Made by a program: the position numbers and the translations under genes. From Octopus vulgaris (lineage: Eukaryota), in assembly GCA_951406725.2 (NCBI GenBank), contig OX597820.1:51398001-51462000 (forward strand): a stretch of DNA of 64,000 nt, given 5' to 3'. The notes under the pieces were generated by a model that was given only the letters and a program-made list of their open reading frames with translations, did no database searches and had not been told where the DNA came from. Shown piece by piece: positions 53,733 to 64,000 of the stretch. The first letter of the stretch is position 1. Every line of letters begins with the position of its first letter.

Positions 53733-54476
53733 ACGCACACGTCACACTAAGATGGCACTAACTACCAAAAATGATTAAAACAGAAATAAAGGACTGTGTT
53801 ATTAAATTCCAAATCATTCCACATCAATGTCCTTCATACACAAACAGTCTTTTATATGAATATTTGGATATGTTGTGCTTTATTTGTATTTTTCTCTCTA
53901 TATGTTTTTTTCTATACGCGTTTTTTTTTTGTTTTTTGCTATTTATTATTTATTTGCTTTGCTGGTTAGAGTTCAAACAATAACCAAATTAGCTCGATTA
54001 TAAAATATAAACTTGATTTATGAGGAAAAATCTAGATAAAATATATAAAAGTAAAACAAAAACAAAATAGAGAAAATTTAATTAAAACTTTTTGGTTGTT
54101 ATTTTTATTTTTATTGTGAGGTTGACGATTTATTGATTATTAAAAACAAATTTTACTACATCAAACAAAACGAACAATATTTTCTCGAAAATAATTTTAT
54201 TGGGAGAATCTTGAGGCCATTTTGTTATTCACATAAATATTTACACTCCTTCTTCGTCACTCGCCCCCTCCGTCTATTTAGCTTATGTCCCTCTATCCTG
54301 GTACACGTATTAATTAATTAAGATGTCTAGATAAAGTGTTTTTCTTCCTTTATGTGCTATTTTACAATATAAATATATCTGATGTCGCTAAGAAGGATAC
54401 ATTATAAATTATAGTTTTGTAGTTATATACACATTAACTATAGCGCCTATGTATTGTTACCCATGTACATATATGT

Positions 54477-54561
<85 letters not shown>

Positions 54562-54748
54562 TAGATATAGATAGATATAGATAGAGAGAGAGAGAGGAAG
54601 ATAGACATAAATATATATATATATAAGTATATATACATATAAATGTATAAATAAATATATATACACACATATATAAATATATGTATATATACATATATAT
54701 CTGTACACATATATACATACATATATATATGTATATATATATATATAC

Positions 54749-54807
<59 letters not shown>

Positions 54808-55002
54808 CATAAATAGAAAGACGTATAAGCACTTCGAAGATGCAAATGAAAATAATACTAATAATAGCAATACTGAAGACAATGTAAGGGTTATGGTGTA
54901 CATAGTATGTTTGATATCTATATATTAGTTAAATATTTATACATACACACACGCACATATATATGTATATGCGGGTACGTATGTATGGAAATAGGTATGC
55001 AC

Positions 55003-55053
<51 letters not shown>

Positions 55054-57831
55054 TATATATATATATTCATATATTTATATGTGTAGAGTGAATGTGTGTG
55101 CTTCTGCTTGCGTATCAACAATCAACTGACCTTCTTTTGTCTTGAGACTGAAAAGAGTCGTTTCCCGTACCATCTATTCATAACTTTTGACACTCTTTTT
55201 GAATTTACGATACAGTTAGACAATTACAATTTCATTCATGTCCATTTTTTTATTTCCAAGAGAGGATGTTAATGTGAAACAAGTAGCAATATTTTGAACG
55301 GCTTTGTTTTACTCCTACGTAGATTCAGTTATACTGTATAATAATTTCGATGCCGTTAACTGGTTGCATATTATTGCAATTTCGTATCAATTTATTATTG
55401 ACGATTCATTAAAATAGATTCTAGTTGTGATCACTTGACAAATATAAATACTACAAGACTAAACATTTTTCCTAAGGGATTTTCATAACATTTCAAATTT
55501 TTATAAGTGTAAGAAATGTATCATTTGAGAAGCCCTATTAACCATAGTAGACTAACAATGAATTGTCACTCTAGAGTGGCTAGAGTCTTGTTAGTTAACA
55601 CTAATATGATTTCGTGGGTTCAAAAGGACAGCATACGAGTGAAATATCCGTATTTATTGAATGAATTGTGCTCTCGGAATTTGAATGCCTTATCTTTTTC
55701 TGGACGGAATTTCTTTACAGACTTGGAACTTGGAAATTTGGCCGACACATGGAAATCTAATACTTTGAATCACCCAATCATTCAGGAAGACTTAGTGTGC
55801 AAAGGTAATCATGAGAAAAAGCATGTGGAATACACTCTTACAGACAAACACACATGCACATACACACATACAAACAAGCTCACACACACATATGCACACG
55901 CATCACAACACACACATACACAAACACACATGCATATATTGATATAAACGCGTGTATGTGTGTATGTGTGTGTGCGTGCGTGTGTTTGTGGAGAGGAAAC
56001 GGAAAATAAAGATATAATCTAGATAAACATATAGTAATAACTTCAGCAAGCTGAACTATTTTCAGCAGAGGTACGGGGCAACATAGAATCGAATGAAATC
56101 GAAGCTTCTCAAAACACTAACAAAACCCCACCTTACAAGTGGACATATTGTTTAAAGAACAATGGTAGAGGCTGCGCTCATGTGAAACTCAGAATATGGA
56201 ATACATACAAGGAAGCAATGTAACTCACGACTATGCTTTCTATATTTTTTAGCCCAATTGTTACACAATGAAATGAAATTGATTCCCCTTCAGTTATACT
56301 AACTAGAATATTCTGGCACCTTATATTGGGGCTATTTCGGATAATGGCATAACATACATAAAGGTTAAAAACGTATAAACAGGGATTCATTTTATACTAT
56401 AAACAAATATTGAACCACCTTATACGTCATTACCCCTTTCACTGAAAAGAAAAAAAAACAATGAAATATATGAGAATAATAAATCTTGGCTGATTTAAAA
56501 CTGAAATGATTGAAGAGCTGGGAAAATAGATAGATGAGAAGAAAACATCGTTCATTGCAGCTTTCAAGAATCTCGATCATATAGATGACAGCTTCTATGA
56601 AGACTTCTTAAAACAGTAACTCTGATATTCAGTTCTGATATTCAATATTCACTCTATTCCAGATATATCTTCAAAATAAGTGATTGATACCTAGCGTTAT
56701 ACTGCATGGTTTAACATATTAATGCTCGGGATATATGGTTAGTAAAATTGCGATTCTTTTGGAAGAGACTCTTCCTGCTTCGTGTTAATGCTTTGTAAAG
56801 TGGTGTATTAGAAGATCATCGAACGAGATATTTAACATTGGTGTACTTACATTGTCTTAACGTATCTATTCTGTCATTTCTCTTGAAGGTGCAACTTCTC
56901 CTGAACGGCAGACTTTCTCATGGCGAATTTCGGAGGCATGTTGATAGCGATTTGTTAAAAACACAACTGCCAAAAATGTTAGCAAAAGAAAACTTCGTAT
57001 ACAGACGCAGGTAGTTGGGGCGGTCATGGCTTAATTATGCAACCGAATGAATTATAATACAACATTAATTTCATCTGGTGACGGAAATAATCTTTCTCAC
57101 AACTGTGAGATATACATTCCTGCGAACGGATACCCGACTAAAATCTGTCAAAATGGAAAGAGAATGGGATTTATTAAGCGGTATTAGGGATATGTTTTTG
57201 GAGTATTTTAAAGGGAGAAGGAAAGACGGGGAGAGGAAAAGTGAGAAAAGAATACAGAGAGAAAGAGAGACAGACAGAGAGTCAAAAAGTGAGATACAAA
57301 GAAGGAGATGGATAAGAGGAGTTGAGAGAGAGAGTGACACAAAGAAAAATGTAGGGAAATTTGTGAGACTGCGATTTAAGAGGTAAATAGAGGCAAAGAA
57401 AAGTGTAGATGGAAATATGAGGTTACTTTGATACATGAATGGAGAAGAAGAGCATACTGAAGGAAGAATTTAACTTTATACGTATGTCATAAAGAAAAAA
57501 CTACAGTAAGCTACATTTTATTACCGTGTAAAATAAAATAAAAATATATTAAATAACATTTAAATACATACTTTATATTAATATGGATATTTTTTTTAGA
57601 AAAACTGAAGATATAAAAAGAATATATTTAAAATATTTCTCTCCCAACTCTCTCCTCTCTTTATATAGACACATGTATACACACATACACATACAAACGC
57701 ATATATGAACACGAACACAACATAACTACACACACATGTATCTATTGATTTTTGAGGAAAAATCTCTCGGTAATGACGTATCTACGAATGTGTTGCGTGT
57801 GTGTCTATGTATGTGTGCGTGCCTATGGAAG

Positions 57832-57905
<74 letters not shown>

Positions 57906-58072
57906 TGTGTGTGTGAGAGTGTGTGTGTGTGTATATGTATGTATATGTGTGTGTCTCTATATTTTACGTTTGTATGTATTTGAATCTACTCTTTTTAGTC
58001 AGTGGTCATGCATACATACACGTATGCATGCTTACATACATAAATATATATACATACACACACAGCCACACA

Positions 58073-58171
<99 letters not shown>

Positions 58172-58178
58172 ATATATA

Positions 58179-58750
58179 AAGACCAAAGTGCATGTACGCC
58201 GCTATATTTTTTTATATATAAAACATACGAAAATGGGTCAAGAAAGCAAAACATTGACAATTTGCTGATACAAAAGAGACACAACAAAATATCCTTATAG
58301 ACGATAGAAAGAAAACAAGAATGCGTCATTCGGAGTTTTCTATGCTTAGTCAGGTTCCAGATCATCATTGCATCTTTGCAAGACACCTGTTGTTATGTCC
58401 TGTTATTTGCATTCTATTAGTGTAACATTCTCCGGTTTTTGTCCTCGTTTTCGTATACATTCGTTGCTTTCTTCCAAGCTATCCAATGCTCTTAGCTTAG
58501 TATTTACTTGTGGCTGGCCAGATTGGAGCAATCTGGAGTATATCCAGCCGAAATTGCAATGATCTGGATCTCGACTGAGAATAGAAAACTCCGAACGCCC
58601 GTATTTGTTTTTTTTTCTTTTTGTATCGTGAATCTCGATGTTTTGTTGTCCCCTTTTTTATCAGCCAACTGTCTGGATGCTTTGCATTCTTGTCCCATTT
58701 TTGCATATTTTATATATAAAAAATATAGTGGCGTACGTACACTTTGGTCT
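58179..58750. repeat. Diverged inverted repeat (~195-bp arms)
   Basis: AGACCAAAGTG..GTACGCC..CTATATTTTTT...TTCGGAGTTTTCTAT..CCAGATCAT versus its reverse complement at 58554-58750. Confidence 0.8.
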
Positions 58751-59251
58751 CTTGTATGTAAGTATGCATTTATCTAATTTTGTACGACTCTATTATTCTT
58801 TCATTCTTTCCTTCTTTCTATCAGCCCTTTCACGCTTACTTCGTTCATTCCGCTCTTCGTTCTATCGTTCCTTTTCTCTCACATTTCCTGATCTTCTCTT
58901 CATGCTCACTTTCCCTCCTCTTTTCACATCACTGTGTCCCTTTCAGTTTTATCGCCTCTCCTTTGTTTTTCTATCCCTCTGCCTCTACCTATCTCTCTTC
59001 TCTCCCGACGTGACCGGTTTTCGTCCAAGCCTAACCTTCCTTTCTGCTTTCGACTACCATCCGTGCTACATCTATATTCCTCCCTGTAAAATCCTATGTT
59101 CCTGCCGTAAGGCTTTACTTCCACACACGCCAGCTTAATTTAATTCGTCCTTAGGCGAAAGGCACATGTTGTCATGTTCTTTGTATCGTCTGTCTGGATG
59201 TTTTGCGTTTTTCTCCTATTTTTTATATTTTTTATATATAAATAAATATAT

Positions 59252-59318
<67 letters not shown>

Positions 59319-59556
59319 TAATTGAGTAGTTGAATGAATTATCTTATTATGGATAATTCGGTTAACCGATACCTGGGTAGCAAATTCACGTCAGAAAAAC
59401 ACGGTTGAAGCTACATGCCTAGGGCAGAGATCACGTGCTATTGTGTGGAAATGTGTATGTTTTTTTTAAATACAAATAAATGAAAGAATGGAGTCGAACG
59501 ACGAATTAGCAAAAATAAAGGAATTTTGCTAATTCGCTGTTCAGCTCCATTCTTTC

Positions 59557-59593
<37 letters not shown>

Positions 59594-59610
59594 AATACAC
59601 GCACACACAA

Positions 59611-59643
<33 letters not shown>

Positions 59644-59645
59644 AA

Positions 59646-60048
59646 GCACAGGAGTGGCTGTGTGGTAAATAGCTTGCTTACCAACCGCATAGTTCCGGGT
59701 CCAGTCCCACTGCGTGACACATTGGGCAAGTATCTTCTACTCTGGCATCGAGCCAACCAAAACCTTGTGACTGTATTTGGTAAACAGAAAATAAAAGAAG
59801 TTCGTCCTTTATCCCTCTCTATATATAATCCTATATTTATATGTGTATATGTTTGTGTGTCTGTGTTTGACCTCCCCCCACCTTCCAACATCGCTTGACA
59901 ACCGATCCTGGTGAATTTACGCCCATGTAGCTGTTCGGCCTAAGAGATTGATAGAGTAAGCAATAGGCTTACAAAGAATAAGCCCTGGAGTCGATTTGCT
60001 CGATTAAAATCGGTACTGCAGCATGGCCGCAATCTAATGAGCGAATCA
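59646..60048 (+). mobile_element. Family A SINE, full length
   Basis: GGAGTGGCTGTGTGGTAA..GTTCCGGGTCCAGTCCCACTGCG..tail CAGCATGGCCGCA. Confidence 0.85.
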
Positions 60049-60065
60049 TTTAAAATTTTAAAAAA

Positions 60066-60112
<47 letters not shown>

Positions 60113-60118
60113 CGCGCG

Positions 60119-60290
60119 TATTTAGGACTAAAAAAACACTAGGTGGATAGCCATATGCTAGAAGAATATCACATATGATCTAACTACAAAGGAAGAATTT
60201 TCTCTGGAGAACATTCTTTCTTTGTAGTTAGATGGTATGTGATCTTCTAGCACATGGCTATTCATGTAGTGGCTTTTTAAACCCTAAATA
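60119..60290. repeat. Imperfect fold-back with 2-nt loop
   Basis: ATAGCCAT.TGCTAGAAGA..TCACATA..ATCTAACTACAAAG..AGAAT.TTCTC and its reverse complement. Confidence 0.8.
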
Positions 60291-60402
60291 TACACATATT
60301 TTGAATTTTTCTTCTGATTTTTCAGATTTTGTATATGCTAGGCTACTGGTTTTACATTGATATTAATTAAATTAATATTCAATTTATCTCCCTCATTATT
60401 TA

Positions 60403-60446
<44 letters not shown>

Positions 60447-60508
60447 TTTATATACACATATATATGTACATATATATATACATATATCTATATACATATA
60501 TATATATA

Positions 60509-60571
<63 letters not shown>

Positions 60572-60844
60572 CGTGTACATTAAAACACATTAAGAGGTTG
60601 CCATCATAGGTAATCAGCTAATTAGGAATAAATTCACGACGGGAAAGAAAATTTAAAATACTTGCCATCTAATTCTGTTCCTAGACCATGGTTTCTGACT
60701 TATTTCAGTATAAAAAGGATTTAATGAGGCCAGTCTTCATCGGTAGTTAGCCATTAGATTTTAAATTAAATGTTCTTAATTTTCTTTCCCTTCGTGAATT
60801 TATCTCTAATTAGTTGTTTGAGTTGTTTACTGTTCTTTATTAGA

Positions 60845-61227
60845 AGCACTCCGTCGGTTACGACGACGAGGGTTCCGGTTGATCCGAATCAACGGAACAG
60901 CCTGCTCGTGAAATTAACGTGTAAGTGGCTGAGCACTCCACAGACACGTGTACCCTTAACGTAGTTCTCGGGGATATTCAGCGTGACAGAGAAAGTGACA
61001 AGACCGGCCCTTTGAAATACAGGTACAACAGGAACAGGAAGTATGAGTGAGAGAAATTTCTGGTGAAGGAGTACAGCAGGGATCACCCCCATCCCCCGCC
61101 GGAGCCTCGTGGAGCTTTAGGTGTTTTCGCTCAGTAAACACTCACAACGCCCGGACTGGGAATCGAAACCGCGATCCTATGACCGCGAGTCCGCTGCCCT
61201 AACCACTGGGCCATTGCGCCTCCACAC
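60845..61227 (-). mobile_element. tRNA-derived SINE, family C, well preserved
   Basis: A box TGGCCCAGTGG, B box GGTTTCGATTCC, GC-rich body, tail CGTCGTCGTAACCGACGGAGTGCT. Confidence 0.85.
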
Positions 61228-62081
61228 TGTTCTTTATAGTGCAAGGCTTTCCCATGATGGAAGCCTCTTAATGTGTTTCAATGTACACGATATTTTTATA
61301 GGAATAATATTGACTAATTTTTTTGCGCTAGGCCACTGGTAATAAATATTTCTATAATTCTTATTACTCTAAAATAATTTTCTAATAAATATTTCAGTAC
61401 CGCTTTCAGTCATAAAGACTGTTTCAACTGTAAGTAGGAAAAAATTAATTTTTTAAAAGGTTTTTTTTTTCATTTTTCCTACATTTAATTGTTCCCATAC
61501 TTACCGTTGAAAATGTCTCAATGACTGGAACAGGTACTGAAATGTTTTTTATAAAATTATTTTAGCATTTTCTTCCTTGACTTTTTTGCCATATATATCA
61601 ACTCGTGTGTTTTCAACCTTCTACGCACGCACGCACACACACACACACACACATATTATGTATAATCAATGCCCTTCATGCCAACGGTGTGGAATATCCC
61701 CATGCAAGAGAGCATCTGTAGATTTACGTTTACGCACGTAGTTGTCACATGTCATACAAATCGTTGCTTTAATATTTCATGAAAGTATAGAAATGCACTT
61801 GTTTTAGTCTTTGGGGGATAATTTGATAGCATATAACAGGAGTTATACTAACAGCTAGATTTTAGAGACATACTAGGTAATTTCAGCCATATAAAAATAT
61901 TCTAGTTTCTCTATTTCTGCGATATAATAACACTTCGCAAATATATATATAAATGTTATTACTTACGATGAAAACCATGTCAAATAGATAACACTCGAAA
62001 TAAAAACTACACTAGATTACTTCAACCCTACAAGTTAATAATTATTTCAAATGTTTTCCACGAGGGCAAACATTTGAAAGT

Positions 62082-62210
62082 ATTTATCGACCCCGCAAAT
62101 ACGAAAGATACAGTCAGCGCCGGCGGAATTTGAACTCAGAACGTGGGGACGGGCGAAATACCGCTAAGCATTTCGTCTAACGCGATAATGATTCTGCCAG
62201 CTAACAGCCT
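62082..62210 (-). mobile_element. Family B SINE
   Basis: Homologous to 36780-36916. Confidence 0.8.
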
Positions 62211-62449
62211 TTCCATGTAAATTAATATTAATCTTAGAAAGGCTTGTCATAAACAAAATAATTATAGAAATATATATTGCGCAAACTTTGCTTGATTTCG
62301 TATAATGTTATTGTGTGCATGCAGATTATTTGGATCTTCAAAAGCCACACGGACAGAAGCCTCATAACTAAAGTGTGAAGTAGAAAAAAGTTCCTCGGGC
62401 AAAAATCCTACGGCTATATTTTTCGGTTATCTAAGGGTTTCCTTGTTTT

Positions 62450-62846
62450 TGACTTGTTGCAGTCATTAGACTGTGGCCACGCTAGGACACCATCATGAGG
62501 AACTTTTAGTCGAATTCATCAGACTCATACATTTTTTAATGATTTCCATCCAGCGGATGAAGTTAAGCCTACAAGGTATCTTCACAGGGTAGAAATAACA
62601 GCCAAATCTCTTGATTTTTTTATAACCAGTTCAGTTATCTTCTTCAGTTATTCTTAGATCTTTCTTTATTTTCTAAAAACTTTTTAGTTGTTTCTCTCGT
62701 TGGACTACGGCCATGTTGGGGCACCGCCTTGAGGAATATTTAGTCGAATGTATTGCACCCATAATCTGTCTTCGGTGATTTTCAACCAGCACATGAAGTT
62801 AAGCCTAGAATGTTTCTCCACATGCTAGAATTAATAGCCAAATCTT
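62450..62846. repeat. Diverged tandem duplication containing SINE tails
   Basis: GACT..GGCCA.G.T.GG.CACC..TTAGTCGAAT..CCAGC..ATGAAGTTAAGCCTA..TAGAA.TAA.AGCCAAATCT occurs twice. Confidence 0.7.
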
Positions 62847-63531
62847 TAAAAATAATTTTCTTATAATTTCACGTTAACAAAAACGGGAATCGTGGGTGTA
62901 AAAAGGGAATTTATTTTCCAAAATTTCAATTTTGAGGTAATCAAAATGTATTCAATCGAAAATAAATAAGTTGAATAGAGTATCAGAATACAAGACTCTT
63001 TACAACCTCAATGTACATATTGTGTGAATTCCAACAAAAAACAAGAGCATTTATCACAAGAAATGTGTAGAAACATAAAAACGATACGAAGTACGTTTGA
63101 ATAACTAACCTGCGGTGCCATAATTCTATTAGACTTCCCACGGCTAGAGAAAGTTCAAATGGTCATTTCATTCTCATTAATTTGTAAGAGCTGGAAGAAG
63201 GAAAAAAAAGACATTAAATTTGAATTTTAAAGTGCTGATTTTTCTGCGACTAAAAACTATTCAAGGCGGTGCCCACCATGAGCGCACTCTAATAACTGCA
63301 ATAAGTAATTTCTTTTAATCCTGGCGTCGATGCAATCGACTTAAAATTCTTCAAGGTGTTGTCCAAGCATGGCTGCAGTCTAATAACTGCAACAAGTAAC
63401 AGGTGAAAAAAACATCAAACAAAAAGATAACTGAAAAATATAACTTTTGGAATTTTGTTCACTTTAACACTTTAACTATGGGCTTTTCTGCGTGGGTCTT
63501 TTTTCCTATGTCGCATTTTGCCTACACTCGT

Positions 63532-63680
63532 TGGACTCATGACCGTAAGAGTATGGTTTCGATTCATGGACCGGGTGCTACGTTGTGTTCTTTAGCAAGA
63601 CACCTCCATTTATTTTGCTTCAGTCCACTCAAATGGCAACAATGAATAATCATGCAACGGACCGGCATTCAATTGTGAAA
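63532..63680 (+). mobile_element. tRNA-derived SINE remnant
   Basis: GGTTTCGATTC B box followed by TTGTGTTCTTTAGCAAGACAC core. Confidence 0.5.
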
Positions 63681-64000
63681 TTAATGAAATGAATATCTTA
63701 GTGGTGTACATTTTCGTTGGAACATTTCAGGAAAAGATCTTGTACAAAGCACGCAAATTATATGGTTCACAGTTGATGTACCGGTTGACGCGCACATCAT
63801 TTTATTTGTGTCTGGGAATACATGATATACTTTATTCTATGTCGTAGGCAATTGATAATTTTATATGTATATATATATATATATATATAGGAAGAGTTTA
63901 CGAAAAAAAAAACAAAAGACGTAGACAGGTGGTGTACAAAATAAACAAATATATTAGTTAACACTCAGGATTAGAAAAAGTCTTTTACGATTCGAGCCTA

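Noticed and set aside
57000-57200. Possible Harbinger transposase remnant
   Set aside because: Only a vague motif resemblance; not supportable
61150-61227. tRNA gene
   Set aside because: No proper acceptor stem or terminator; continues into a SINE body

Overview
AT-rich, microsatellite-dense eukaryotic DNA with no recognisable host gene exon. The SINE families and repeat texture suggest an invertebrate, probably an octopus (inference). Almost all ORFs in the track are translations of (TA)n/(CA)n/(TAA)n repeats. The main feature is a young Penelope-like retroelement (45187-50252, minus strand). It has two ~801-bp near-identical direct pseudo-LTRs, each carrying CCAAT/TATA motifs and a variant minimal hammerhead-like ribozyme fold. 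It encodes an intact RT + GIY-YIG ORF, preceded in the same frame by a 424-aa coiled-coil/basic ORF1, with a single TAA between them. The rest is decayed TEs: CR1-like, R4/Dong-like (in (TAA)n), Tx1/L1-like and RTE LINEs; Tc1, mariner, maT-like, Chapaev3-like and Helitron remnants; and at least three tRNA-derived SINE families. Several fold-back inverted repeats and degenerate hammerhead-like motifs sit next to (TA)n tracts.
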